64,000 nt of DNA from a virus. Every line of letters begins with the position of its first letter. Positions within the stretch are counted from its first letter, which is position 1. Below the pieces are notes generated by a model that was given only the letters and a program-made list of their open reading frames with translations, was not told where the DNA came from and searched no databases. The DNA lies in the IMG/VR virus record IMGVR_UViG_3300026538_000054, positions 64,285 through 128,284 of that record; one strand, 5' to 3'. Shown one piece after another: positions 1 through 9,776 of the stretch. The translations under genes were made by a program, and so were the position numbers.

Positions 1-41
1 TCCAGGGATAATCAGGCAGCCCGCCCTCGGGAGACAAGCCA

Positions 42-1349
42 ATGCCGGCTGACCCGATTCTTCTTGATAGCGTGGCCTCGGCCACGCAGCCTTTCACCGG
101 AAGACGAGTCCTAGAGGACCTGCTCCGTGCCAAGGCCGAGTCCGACCGAAAGAACTACCCCGCCAAGCACGCCATTCTTCGCAGGCTCATCAGGCAGTCA
201 CCGGATGATTTCGCCACCGACAGCGAGGATGCGAACTTCTACGGCCTGACTCATCTTCCTACGCGCTTCCGGGTCCATATGCCCAAGGGGGCCATCCCGG
301 ACAACGTGGTCCTCAAGAAGGCCGAGAGCGCTGTTACCAATGAGCTCGAGGTACTGGACCGTCTCGACGAGCTGCTGGACGACCACGGAGACAAAGTTCT
401 CGCCCTGAAAGACGCCGCCTGGTCCCTGCCCGCCCTGGCCCATAACGAGCACGATCTCAACTACGACCTCAAGACCGGCAAGTTGCTCGTCCATGCCCCT
501 GGCCTCTCTCGCACGGAGCTGGCTCCCCTGGCCAAGATCGCTTCCTTGCAGTTCTTGCAGGGGCCCTGCGTTCGTGCCGGTAAGGACGAAGTGGCCCACA
601 TCAAGCGCTCGTATAGCCCGACGGCCAGGGCGGTAACGGACCTGCTCCATTTCACCGACGGGCCTGTGAACACCTTCACCGGCGGTGCCAACCCGATGGC
701 CGCCTCTCTTCTCGGCGGACTGGCCGGAGCTGGGATGGGTTACGCCGGCGGCGCCGCCGTTGAACAATTAGGTGGCGGCCACCTGCAGAAGAAGCGATTG
801 CGCAGGGCCCTGGCTGCCCTGGGAGGAGCGGTCGGTGCCTCTCCCGGCGCTTACTGGGGCTGGCACTCGCTTGCGCAACAAGGCCCGCCGGGTTGGTTGC
901 CGCCGGATGACTCGCTCGTCAAGCTCGCCCAGGCCCTGCGCGAGCTTCTTCCCGACGTCAGGCCGAGAGAGGCCTTCTGCAAGAAGTCCGACACCGGCGC
1001 CCTCTTCGAGGGACAGGGCCTCCAGGCCGCCATTCCGGTGGACGGTTTCAACAACGTGGTCTGGTCGGCGCAGGACCCGTTCACGCCGCCATCTCTTCGC
1101 TCGGCCGCCGCCGGCCTGATACAAACAGCCTCCTTGTCCAGGGGAGGCAGCCCCGTGGTGACGCCCTACGACATCGCCCGTCTAGGCGTGGGGATGGGCT
1201 CCGGTCTTGCTTCGGGCTGGGTGGCGGGCCGTGTGCTCGGCGCTCTGGCAGGACTAAGCCCTGAGGCGCAACAAGGCCTGCAACGCGCCGGTATGTGGGC
1301 CGGCGTTCTTCGCGCCGTGGTGCCGCCCGTCTACGGTCAGGATCGTTAA
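42..1349 (+). CDS. putative virion-associated protein (Gly-rich hydrophobic segments, K-x-A/S motifs)
   Basis: 435-aa ORF with RBS-like GGAG upstream; GGLAGAGMGYAGG-type segments; KKAES/KIAS/KLAQ motifs as in the structural block. Confidence 0.6.
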   Translation: MPADPILLDSVASATQPFTGRRVLEDLLRAKAESDRKNYPAKHAILRRLIRQSPDDFATDSEDANFYGLTHLPTRFRVHMPKGAIPDNVVLKKAESAVTNELEVLDRLDELLDDHGDKVLALKDAAWSLPALAHNEHDLNYDLKTGKLLVHAPGLSRTELAPLAKIASLQFLQGPCVRAGKDEVAHIKRSYSPTARAVTDLLHFTDGPVNTFTGGANPMAASLLGGLAGAGMGYAGGAAVEQLGGGHLQKKRLRRALAALGGAVGASPGAYWGWHSLAQQGPPGWLPPDDSLVKLAQALRELLPDVRPREAFCKKSDTGALFEGQGLQAAIPVDGFNNVVWSAQDPFTPPSLRSAAAGLIQTASLSRGGSPVVTPYDIARLGVGMGSGLASGWVAGRVLGALAGLSPEAQQGLQRAGMWAGVLRAVVPPVYGQDR

Positions 1350-1377
1350 CTGACCTACCACGAGTTACCATGTTCGG

Positions 1378-1414
1378 CTGTACAAGCCCTCTGCGGCGGG
1401 CTGAAAGCTGCGAA
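1378..1414 (+). repeat. 37-bp pseudoknot/CRISPR-repeat-like element, solitary copy
   Basis: CTGTACAAGCCCTCTGCGGCGGGCTGAAAGCTGCGAA, intergenic. Confidence 0.85.
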
Positions 1415-1436
1415 TACCGGTAGATGAGCCTGACAC

Positions 1437-1817
1437 GTGGCCGGCAAACTTTCTCACAAGGTTGGCAAGCGCTACAAGTTCCGCCAGACGGAGTTCTGGG
1501 CGGAGAACGGCAGCATCAAGCAGTTGGACCACCGCAAGGGACCTGAGCCTGATTACACGGTGGTCAGCGTCAGGGACATGCTCTTGCGCGCTCGGGCCCT
1601 CAACGAACAGGCCAAGCGCATGACCTATGCCGACGAGCGGATGGCGCACATCAAGCTCGTCGAGGACATCATCGCCTGCTGCAAGGAGGCCAGGGCGCAG
1701 GGAGACCCGTTTGTCGAGAGCACGTTCCAGGACATCCGGAACATGCGCGACAAGCACCTGCTTCTTCCCGGCCAAAACATCCAGGCCAGCAACTTTGTCA
1801 TCCAGAGGCCCAAATGA
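1437..1817 (+). CDS. hypothetical protein
   Basis: 126-aa ORF, high-GC3 codons, stop overlaps next start (ATGA). Confidence 0.7.
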   Translation: MAGKLSHKVGKRYKFRQTEFWAENGSIKQLDHRKGPEPDYTVVSVRDMLLRARALNEQAKRMTYADERMAHIKLVEDIIACCKEARAQGDPFVESTFQDIRNMRDKHLLLPGQNIQASNFVIQRPK

Positions 1818-2236
1818 CGGACCGAGAGGCCTTCCGGCTCGGCTTTTATCTGCGCTGCGCGGAAGAGGGCCTCTCTCCCTTTGAGGCCGACCGTGTGGCT
1901 GCGGCCCCGCGCGTGATGGAGAAAGCGGCCCTGCTACCACTGCTTGGCGCGGGCGCTTTGGCCACGGCGGCTGCGGTGCCTGCCTTTGCCCCGGCCATCG
2001 GGACGGGCGCTGGCCTTCTGGGAGGGGCCGCTCTGGCTGTTCCTCCTGCTCTGGGCTATGCGGGCGGTGTCCTGGGCGCCAAGGCGATGGATGGTACTTT
2101 GTTCAGCACTTATGACAGCGAAGACCCTGTGATCGAGTCGGCCAAGAAGCGCGAGCTGGCCGACGAGTACCGTCGGCTGGCCGACAGGATCAAGAGGACC
2201 ACGCGCAGGAGGCGGCTGCGCGCCGGCGAGCCATGA
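1814..2236 (+). CDS. putative virion protein with hydrophobic Ala/Gly segment
   Basis: AFRLGFYLRCAEEG...MEKAA then a long hydrophobic stretch; coupled ORF. Confidence 0.65.
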   Translation: MTDREAFRLGFYLRCAEEGLSPFEADRVAAAPRVMEKAALLPLLGAGALATAAAVPAFAPAIGTGAGLLGGAALAVPPALGYAGGVLGAKAMDGTLFSTYDSEDPVIESAKKRELADEYRRLADRIKRTTRRRRLRAGEP

Positions 2237-2613
2237 CCACGCTCTGGGACCACTTCAAGGTCGGCAAGGACAAGGAACAGCACGGCGGCGAGCTTTTCTT
2301 CAACGAGAGGCTTTTCGGCCCCGTCCCGTACCGCGGGACCAAGCTGTCACCGGCCATCACGCAGGATGATGTAGACCTCCTGGAGACCCGGCCGTCCGGC
2401 AAGGTCAAGAAGTTTGATCTCTCGGACCCGGCGCAGCTCGAGGAATACGAGCTCATCATCCATCGGGCTTGCATCGGCTGGTACAAGGTGCTTTTCCGCG
2501 AGCGGCAGTTCGACCCCGAGAAGAAGGACTGGCTGGTCCTTTGCGAGTGGTGCCAGCTCTACCAAGAAGCGCCGCCGCACCTGAGAGATGCGCTGGAGGG
2601 CGTTCATGGTTAG
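2233..2613 (+). CDS. hypothetical protein
   Basis: 126-aa ORF, coupled on both sides. Confidence 0.7.
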   Translation: MTTLWDHFKVGKDKEQHGGELFFNERLFGPVPYRGTKLSPAITQDDVDLLETRPSGKVKKFDLSDPAQLEEYELIIHRACIGWYKVLFRERQFDPEKKDWLVLCEWCQLYQEAPPHLRDALEGVHG

Positions 2614-3586
2614 CTCCCTGATGTCCCACTTCGCCAAGAGGGCCAACGGCAACCCTGCGACGCCGGCCACGCCGACCGGCGTCAGGGCCATTGATCCCGG
2701 CACGGAGCCCTACCCGACCAACAACCCGGTCGAGGACCACTACGGCAGGCAGGAAGTAGCCGACGCTCTCAAGGGCATCGGCCTGCTGGGGGCCGTCGGG
2801 CTGGGGACCGGCGCGATGGCCGGCGGCGTGAAGGGCCTGTCTCGCTGGATGGCGCTCCCCTACGATCAGCCGTCCTACGCCGCCCTTGACCGGGAGATGG
2901 AGCTGCCCGTGAAGAGAAGGAAGCGCGCTCCTCGTTCTTTCTCCAAGTACGCCGGCGAAGCGAGCACCTCTCTGCTTGACGCCCTCAAGAGACCAGGTCC
3001 TTCGTACCCGGGGCCAGGCGCCTGGGCGAAGGGATGGCACCTGGTCAACAAGTACCCCTGGGTCGGCCCGGCGGGCGTCATGGCCGGCCTCGGTGGGACC
3101 GCCGCTGGTTATCTCGGGGCCAACAAGCTGGTGGGCCAGCGAGCCACCGAGGACGATGACCAGGAAGTCGAAGATGCGCGAGCTGAGTATGAGAAGGCCC
3201 TGTTAGCGCAACAAGGTGCGAAGAAACAGGCGGGGTCGGCTTCCACCATCGACGAGCTTTACGAGGGGTGGGCCGCCAAGGAGGCTGGCCTTTCTGACTT
3301 ACCAGAACTGGGGCGCGGGTTACGCGACACGGCCAGGTTCCTGTCCAGTGCCTCGCCTCTTTCCCTGGCGGCCACCTACGCCATCCCTGCTGCGGCTGGC
3401 TTCGGTCTTCTTGGCTACCTGGGTACGCGCAAGCACAACCAGCACATCGTCAACACCGCCCTGAAGAGACGAGCCGCTATGAGGGCGATGGCCTCTCCGC
3501 CCGAGATCCACCTCACCCCTGTCGACGTCGGCGATGAGGAGGACGAAGAAGGGCCTCCCGCTTCCCCCAGGGCCCTGAGGCGCTGA
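2606..3586 (+). CDS. putative virion/ejection protein with Gly-rich hydrophobic segments
   Basis: ATG 2606 after GGAGG; KRA/KYA/KQA/KEA motifs each followed by Gly-rich helices. Confidence 0.6.
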   Translation: MVSSLMSHFAKRANGNPATPATPTGVRAIDPGTEPYPTNNPVEDHYGRQEVADALKGIGLLGAVGLGTGAMAGGVKGLSRWMALPYDQPSYAALDREMELPVKRRKRAPRSFSKYAGEASTSLLDALKRPGPSYPGPGAWAKGWHLVNKYPWVGPAGVMAGLGGTAAGYLGANKLVGQRATEDDDQEVEDARAEYEKALLAQQGAKKQAGSASTIDELYEGWAAKEAGLSDLPELGRGLRDTARFLSSASPLSLAATYAIPAAAGFGLLGYLGTRKHNQHIVNTALKRRAAMRAMASPPEIHLTPVDVGDEEDEEGPPASPRALRR

Positions 3587-3592
3587 CAACGC

Positions 3593-6500
3593 ATGGCTAA
3601 CCTACCGCCGCTTCAAGGCCCCGTCTCCGCGACGCCGTCAGGCCATGGCGCCCCTGTGACCATGCGGGCCTTTGACGATCACGCCGCGACCAGGGAGGCC
3701 ATTTATTCCAAGACCCTGAAGGCCCTGGAGAAACTGCCGCCTGTCGAGAACGCGCGACACTCCTTGCGCGTCGAGAGGCCCGCCTACGCAGGCCCCGGCA
3801 TGGTCTCCCTGGCCGAGCAAAACAGGGCCATTCTTGAAGGGCGGTCGCTTTTTCGCCGGCTCAAAGGCGACGTGGTCCTCACGGACAAGGCCACGGGCAA
3901 GGAGCTCGACCGAAAGAACGTGACCATCGCCCAGGTGCCCATGTACACCCAACGCGGCACGTTCATCTTTAACGGTTCTGAAAATGGATTGTCACACCAA
4001 TTGAGGCTGCAGTCAGGCATCTACGCCCGAATACGCAGCACGGGCGAGGCGGAGTCGCACGTCAATGTACGGCCAGGCAAAGGCCTCTCTCACCGCTACT
4101 TCCTGGACCCGGAGACCGGCCTCTTCAAGCTCCAGGCTGGACAGGCCTCTGTGCCCCTGGTCACCGTGCTGCGCGCGATGGGTGCGACAGACAGGGAGCT
4201 GCAAGAGGCCTGGGGCCGAGAGCTCTTCTCCGTTAACGCCAAGAAGGACGACCCGCGCTCCATCGAGAAGCTCTACGAGAAGCTGGAGCGACGCCCTGAC
4301 AAGCAAGCCCCTGCCGAGGGCAAGCGCCTCAGGGTGGCCGAGCTCATGGCGAAGATGGAGCTTGACCCCGAGGTCACGAAGCGGACGCTGGGCCATCCCC
4401 ATGCCACCCTGAGCAAGGAGACCATCCTGGCCGCCACCAGGAAGTTGCTCCGAGTGGCCAGGGACGAAGAAGAGCCGGACGACCGAGATCACCTGGCCTA
4501 TCAGACCTTCCACGGCCCGGAGGACATGATCGCGGAGAGGGCTGAGCGGTCATCGCCCCTGTTCCACCAGCTTTTGTGGAAGGCGACGCGCACGGGCAAG
4601 CTGGACCATGTTCAGCCCAACTTCCTGTCCAAACATGTTCAAGGGGCCATCCTTGACTCAGGCATTGGTAACAACCTGGAAGAAATTAACCCATTAGAGT
4701 TCCTTAACAACGCGCACAAGATAACTCGTATGGGCCGAGGCGGCATCGCCTCAATTGACAGTATACCTTCGTCCAGTAGAGCGGTTCACTCGAGTCACGT
4801 CGGTTTCATTGACCTGGTCTCGACCCCGGAAAGTCAACGTGCCGGCGTAGACACTCGCGCCGGGTTCAAGGCCCTGAAGGGCGACGACGGCCGGCTCTAC
4901 ACGCCGGTACACAACGCCAGGACTGGCAAGGAAGAGCTCAAAAGCCCGCAGGACCTGGCGGACGCCGTCCTCGCCTTCCCAGGGCAAATGCAAACCGGCA
5001 AGAAGCGCGTGACCGCCCTGGTCAAGGGCAGGGCGACCAGTGTGCCTCGCGAAGAGGTGGATTATGCCCTGCCCCACATGGAGCACGCCTTCACACCTAC
5101 GTCCAACCTGGTCCCGCTCAAGGCCATGAGCAAGGGCCAGCGGGTGAGCATGGGTGGTCGGTTCCTGGTTCAGTCCGTGGCGCTCAAGGACGGTGAAGCG
5201 CCCCTGGTCCAGGGCCTTGTTCCCGGCACCAACAAGTCCTTTGAAGAGCTCTACGGACGCCACGTCGGCGCTGTCCATGCCAGAGATGATCAAGGCGGTC
5301 GCGTGGTGAAAGTTACGCCCGACGGCATCACGGTCAAGTACGACGACGGCAAGACCGAAGAACACGAACTGTACAATCACTTCGTACTGAACAGGAAATC
5401 GCTTCTGCACAATACGCCAGTGGTGCGAGAAGGTGACAGGATTGAAGCGGGCCGTCCGCTGGCGAAGTCCAACTATACCGATGCCCAGGGCCGCGTGGCT
5501 GTCGGTAAGAACCTGCGCACGGCGTACATCGCACATGGTGGAGGTTCTTCCGCGAACTACGAGGATGCCTGGGTCATCAGCGAGTCGGCGGCCAAGAAGT
5601 TCACCAGCGACCACGCCTACCAGCACGCGATCGAGTGGGAAGACAACCACAAGCGCGGCAAGCGCACCTACCAGGCGCTCTTCCCTACGAAGTACGACCG
5701 AAAGACGTTGGAGCTCCTGGACGAAGATGGCGTGATCAAGCCAGGGACCAAGGTTGAGTCCGGTACGCCCCTGGTCCTGGCCGCCAGTCAGAAAGACCCT
5801 GATCGCAAGACCGTTCACCAGAGTAGAGGCGGTGGCTTCTCAGACGCTTCTCTTGTCTGGGACCACCACGCTCCTGGAGAGGTGGTCAGCGTCGCCAAGA
5901 CGGACAAGGGCGTCAACGTTGTAGTTAGGTCATTTAATACGACTGAGATAGCGGACAAACTTTGTTACGACCCTGAGACGGAGGTGCTGACCAGCCGCGG
6001 CTGGGCGCGCGTAGCTGAGCTAACCACCGCCGACGAGGTCGCCACGTTGGGGCCAGAGGACCGGATCGAGTACCTCCAGCCTGTCGGTATCCACCGCTAC
6101 CACCACATCGGCCGGATGTATCGGCTGGAGACGACGCAGATCGATCTACTGGTCACCGAGAACCATCACCTGTACGCCTGCCGCAGGAATCGGTCTGAGT
6201 ACTCTCTCCAGACTGCGTCCGAGCTATTCGGGAAGACGTTTCGGCTGAAACGAGACGGCGTGTGGACTGGCGCCTCGCCGGACTTCGTCAAGATGCCGGA
6301 CCTCGTTGTTAAGGCTGGGCAGTTCGGCCACGGTGAGCGCGCCCTGGATGGGCCGAGCTTGCCGACCGACGTGTTTGTCATGCTACTCGGGATGTACCTG
6401 TCGGAGGGCTGTACGTTCAACCAGCCGAGCTACGGGTCGTACGGCATCGATATTACGCAGATCAATCCTGGCGGGCGCGCCAAGCTGTTTCCGGCGCTGG

Positions 6501-9097
6501 ATGCCGCTGGTCTGAAGTACAACGCCACGTCGAACGGCGCGCGAATCTATAGCAAGTCGTTGATGGCCTATTTCAACCAGTTTGGGCGCGCCAAGGACAA
6601 GTTCATCCCTGAAGAGGTGTTTTTCTGGGCCACGGAGCACCTCAAGTCTCTTTACTACTGGCTCATGTGGGGCGATGGCTGTGAGGGTGGTACGGGCCAC
6701 TCTTACTGCACCACGTCGCCTCGACTGGCCGACGACTTTCAACGGCTCCTGCTCCACATCGGGATGTCAGGCAACATCAAGAGGGTCGAAGCCAGGCGCG
6801 GCGTGATCAAGGGCAAGGAGTACGACTTCGCCCCTCGCTACGACGTTTCTGTCTTCCGGTCGAAAAACAGGCCAGAGATCAATCACGGTCACTGGAAGAC
6901 CCAAAACGGGCAGAGAGAGGCCTGGGAGGAGTACTCAGGCGAGGTCTTCTGTCCGCAAATGCCGAAGAACCACGTCATCTATGTCCGCCGAAACGGCAAG
7001 CCGGTCTGGTGCGGCAACAGCGGGCTTTACGGAGACAAAGGTGTTATATCGGGAATCATGAAAGATGATGAGATGCCTCATGATGAGAATGGCAAACCAT
7101 TTGAGATGCTAGCTAATCCTTTAGGAGTTATATCAAGAATTAACGCTAGCCAGGTGGCAGCGGCTGTCCTGGGCAAGATCGCCCAGAAGACGGGCCAGCC
7201 GTACAAGGTGGAGGACTTCCCTCACGACAAAGAGGACATCACGGGCTGGGTGCAGCAAGAAGCCAAGAAGCACGGCGTCAAGGACCTGGAGACGGTGATC
7301 GATCCTGTGACAGGGAAGCGCATTCCCAACGTGTTGACAGGCGTTCGCTACTATATGAAACTACACCACTCGGCTGAGGGAAAGGCTTCTGCGAGGGGCC
7401 TTGGCGCCTACGACGCTGAAGGAACGCCTGCGCGAGGCCCTGGCGAGGCGGCTCAGGCCAAGCGACTGGCGCTCATGGAGACGAACGCGCTGCTCAGCCA
7501 TTCCGCGCTTGACGTCCTCAAGGACGCCAGATTGGTTCGCGGTAACCAGAACGTCGAGCTCTGGGCGAGCTACATGGGCGGTGACCACCCGTCGACGCCG
7601 CCGGTGCCTTTTGTCTTTCAGAAGTTCGTGAATCAGCTCAAGGCCGCGGGCGTGAACGTGACGCGCAAGGGTGCGCAGACCAGGATCACCGCCCTGACCG
7701 ACAAGGACATTGATGAGCTGGCGGGCGACAGGGAGCTGGGAAACGCCGAGACAGTCCACTGGGGCGAGGACATGCGGCCTGTCAAGGGCGGCCTGTTCGA
7801 CGAGCAACTCACGGGTGGTCACACGGGCCAGAAGTGGGTGAAATTGGTTCTTGCCGAGCCGATGCTGAACCCGGTGATGGAAGAGCCAGCCCGTCGCCTC
7901 CTAGGCCTGACCCAGGCGCAGCTCGAGAGCGTGATCAAAGGAGAGCGAGAGCTTCAGGGCAAGAAGGGCCCGGAGGCCATCTCGCACGCGCTTGCGTCTA
8001 TCAACCTGGAGAAGGGCATCTCGCGCGCCAGGGCGGATATCGCTTCGGGCAGGAAGACCTTGCGAGACGACGCCGTCAAGCGGCTGAGCTACCTGAAAGC
8101 GGCGCAGTCTACTGGCGTTCACCCTGGCGACTGGGTACTGAAGGCCGCCCCTGTTCTTCCTCCTATCTTCAGGCCGGTCTCCGTGATGCAGGGCACGGGC
8201 GGCACTCTGATTGCTGACGCCAACGTGCTCTATCGCGACTTGTTCGAGTCGAACCAGGTCCTCAAGGGCCTGAAGGGGCAGGTTGACGACACCGGTGCCG
8301 AGATGTTGTCGGTCTACAACGCGCTCAAGGCCGTTCAGGGGCTGGGTGATCCCGTCAACGCCAAGACGCAAGAGAAGAAGGTCAAGGGCCTTCTGGACAC
8401 GGTCTTCGGCTCTTCCAGCAAGCACTCCGTGGTGCAGTCGAGGCTCATTGGTACGCCTGTCAACAACGTGGGTAGGGGCGTGGTGATCCCTGACGCCGAT
8501 CTGGACATGGATGAGGTAGGCATACCGGAGGCCCACGCCTGGAAGGTCTACGAGCCTTCGCTCATCAGGTCGCTTGTCCGTCGCGGCATGGGCCGTGTTG
8601 ACGCCCTGGCCCACGTCAGGGACAAGAGCGATGTCGCTAGGCAGGCCCTTCTGGCCGAGACGGAGAAGGGGCCGATTCTGATGACCAGGGCCCCTGTGCT
8701 TCATCGCTTTGGCATCTTGGCCTTGCTGCCGCGGCTGGTAAAGGGTGACGCTGTTAAGGTTAATCCTTACATAGTGGCAGGCCAGGGCATGGACTTTGAC
8801 GGTGATGCTGTCAACTATCATCTCCCTTTAACGCAAGAAGCTAAGCAAGAGGCTATGGAGAAGATGCTGCCCAGCAAGAGCCTTCTCGCCGTGAGCGACC
8901 TACACACACCGATGTTCAACGTCCGCCAGGAGTTCCAGGCCGGTCTCTACCGCATGACCCACGCCGAGAACAAAGAGAAGCGAGCGCGCACCTTCGCGAC
9001 CATGAAGGACCTTCACAAGGCCTACCTGCGCGGCGAGATCGAGGCGGACGATCCGGTGACGGTCATGGACCATGGCGGCCAGAGCGGTGCGAAGTAG
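3593..9097 (+). CDS. phage multisubunit DNA-directed RNA polymerase, fused beta + N-terminal beta' chain, intein-containing
   Basis: beta motifs GTFIFNGSE, HSSHVGFIDLVSTPES, NYEDAWVISES, DKL/SGLYGDKGVI, NPLGVISRIN, YYMKLHH; beta' motifs GGLFD, PVLPPIFRP, RAPVLHR and catalytic DFDGD at 8792-8806. Confidence 0.95.
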   Translation: MANLPPLQGPVSATPSGHGAPVTMRAFDDHAATREAIYSKTLKALEKLPPVENARHSLRVERPAYAGPGMVSLAEQNRAILEGRSLFRRLKGDVVLTDKATGKELDRKNVTIAQVPMYTQRGTFIFNGSENGLSHQLRLQSGIYARIRSTGEAESHVNVRPGKGLSHRYFLDPETGLFKLQAGQASVPLVTVLRAMGATDRELQEAWGRELFSVNAKKDDPRSIEKLYEKLERRPDKQAPAEGKRLRVAELMAKMELDPEVTKRTLGHPHATLSKETILAATRKLLRVARDEEEPDDRDHLAYQTFHGPEDMIAERAERSSPLFHQLLWKATRTGKLDHVQPNFLSKHVQGAILDSGIGNNLEEINPLEFLNNAHKITRMGRGGIASIDSIPSSSRAVHSSHVGFIDLVSTPESQRAGVDTRAGFKALKGDDGRLYTPVHNARTGKEELKSPQDLADAVLAFPGQMQTGKKRVTALVKGRATSVPREEVDYALPHMEHAFTPTSNLVPLKAMSKGQRVSMGGRFLVQSVALKDGEAPLVQGLVPGTNKSFEELYGRHVGAVHARDDQGGRVVKVTPDGITVKYDDGKTEEHELYNHFVLNRKSLLHNTPVVREGDRIEAGRPLAKSNYTDAQGRVAVGKNLRTAYIAHGGGSSANYEDAWVISESAAKKFTSDHAYQHAIEWEDNHKRGKRTYQALFPTKYDRKTLELLDEDGVIKPGTKVESGTPLVLAASQKDPDRKTVHQSRGGGFSDASLVWDHHAPGEVVSVAKTDKGVNVVVRSFNTTEIADKLCYDPETEVLTSRGWARVAELTTADEVATLGPEDRIEYLQPVGIHRYHHIGRMYRLETTQIDLLVTENHHLYACRRNRSEYSLQTASELFGKTFRLKRDGVWTGASPDFVKMPDLVVKAGQFGHGERALDGPSLPTDVFVMLLGMYLSEGCTFNQPSYGSYGIDITQINPGGRAKLFPALDAAGLKYNATSNGARIYSKSLMAYFNQFGRAKDKFIPEEVFFWATEHLKSLYYWLMWGDGCEGGTGHSYCTTSPRLADDFQRLLLHIGMSGNIKRVEARRGVIKGKEYDFAPRYDVSVFRSKNRPEINHGHWKTQNGQREAWEEYSGEVFCPQMPKNHVIYVRRNGKPVWCGNSGLYGDKGVISGIMKDDEMPHDENGKPFEMLANPLGVISRINASQVAAAVLGKIAQKTGQPYKVEDFPHDKEDITGWVQQEAKKHGVKDLETVIDPVTGKRIPNVLTGVRYYMKLHHSAEGKASARGLGAYDAEGTPARGPGEAAQAKRLALMETNALLSHSALDVLKDARLVRGNQNVELWASYMGGDHPSTPPVPFVFQKFVNQLKAAGVNVTRKGAQTRITALTDKDIDELAGDRELGNAETVHWGEDMRPVKGGLFDEQLTGGHTGQKWVKLVLAEPMLNPVMEEPARRLLGLTQAQLESVIKGERELQGKKGPEAISHALASINLEKGISRARADIASGRKTLRDDAVKRLSYLKAAQSTGVHPGDWVLKAAPVLPPIFRPVSVMQGTGGTLIADANVLYRDLFESNQVLKGLKGQVDDTGAEMLSVYNALKAVQGLGDPVNAKTQEKKVKGLLDTVFGSSSKHSVVQSRLIGTPVNNVGRGVVIPDADLDMDEVGIPEAHAWKVYEPSLIRSLVRRGMGRVDALAHVRDKSDVARQALLAETEKGPILMTRAPVLHRFGILALLPRLVKGDAVKVNPYIVAGQGMDFDGDAVNYHLPLTQEAKQEAMEKMLPSKSLLAVSDLHTPMFNVRQEFQAGLYRMTHAENKEKRARTFATMKDLHKAYLRGEIEADDPVTVMDHGGQSGAK
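5963..7018 (+). mobile_element. intein with LAGLIDADG homing endonuclease (352 aa) in RNAP beta
   Basis: starts CYDPETEVLT, block B VTENH, LLGMYLSEG and WLMWGDG motifs, ends WCGN|S; removal restores DKL-SGLYGDKGVI. Confidence 0.93.
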
Positions 9098-9132
9098 CTG
9101 CTGCGTGTTGACGCTGTCTGGCAGTCTTTTCT

Positions 9133-9144
9133 TTTTCCGGAAAA
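9133..9144. repeat. palindrome TTTTCCGGAAAA
   Basis: exact 12-bp palindrome, also at 23456, 44488, 60862. Confidence 0.75.
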
Positions 9145-9156
9145 CATATTCAAGCG

Positions 9157-9225
9157 GCCAATAGCTAAAAGAAAACGGCGGGATGGCGCTTGCGCGCCAC
9201 CTCCCGACCGTCTTCATCCTGCGCT
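9157..9225 (-). terminator. intrinsic terminator, duplicated unit copy 1
   Basis: minus strand GC stem with GCAA loop followed by TTTTCTTTT, right after the Csx15-like stop; 67/69 identical to 9777-9845. Confidence 0.8.
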
Positions 9226-9574
9226 ACCAGGCCCCACCCATTTTCCTCATCGAGGGCGCTGCGGCGTAGGCCCTGGCCTTGAGCCGCAGAGACCTAGGGA
9301 AGTAGCCGGACCGGCCGTCGATCTCGGCCAGGATCGCGTCGGCGAGGGAGGAGCAGACGGGAAGCACCAGGGCGAAGCGATTGGCCTGCCACTGACTGCC
9401 GCTCCACCCGACCTGATCCACCATCGCCTTCGCCTGCGGCCCGAAAGGCGCAGTGACGTCGGCCTGACATTCGATGTTTTTCACTTCCTGGTCGCGCGCG
9501 ACCAGGTGGGGGCTTTCGGTGATCGCCTTCAGGGAGGCGGCGGTCAACGGGTGACGGAAATTGAGAATGATCAT
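9224..9574 (-). CDS. csx15: Csx15-like protein (CRISPR-associated ring-nuclease family)
   Basis: MIILNFRHPLT...F..Q...MVD.VG....WQ...LVLP...LAEIDGRSGYFP..LRL matches the Csx15 pattern as I recall it (NFSHPLT...WQ...LAELHGR.GYFP); RBS AAAGGAG. Confidence 0.75.
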   Translation of the reverse strand: MIILNFRHPLTAASLKAITESPHLVARDQEVKNIECQADVTAPFGPQAKAMVDQVGWSGSQWQANRFALVLPVCSSLADAILAEIDGRSGYFPRSLRLKARAYAAAPSMRKMGGAW

Positions 9575-9586
9575 AAAAGCTCCTTT

Positions 9587-9681
9587 ATCGGCGCGGGCAC
9601 GCGAAAGTTCGCATGGCTACCCGCTCCTCACTACATATTGACGCAATTTATGTCATAATTAAGTTCTTATGCGCGGCGGCA
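9587..9681 (-). promoter_or_regulatory. duplicated AT-rich promoter-like element plus leader hairpin, copy 1
   Basis: 91/95 identical to 10773-10867; directly upstream of a minus-strand gene; AT-rich core CATAAGAACTTAATTA...AAATTGCGTCAATAT. Confidence 0.7.
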
Positions 9682-9776
9682 GCCGTCGACTTGGAGTCGC
9701 CGACCAGAACAGACTGACGCTACCTGACAGGCGTTCCTTTCTAGACTACTGGGCGGCGCAGTGCCGGAACCGAGAA

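Noticed and set aside
3593-9097. Cellular rpoB-rpoC operon (bacterial chromosome)
   Set aside because: No ribosomal protein neighbours, atypical split, and capsid, protease and tail genes nearby
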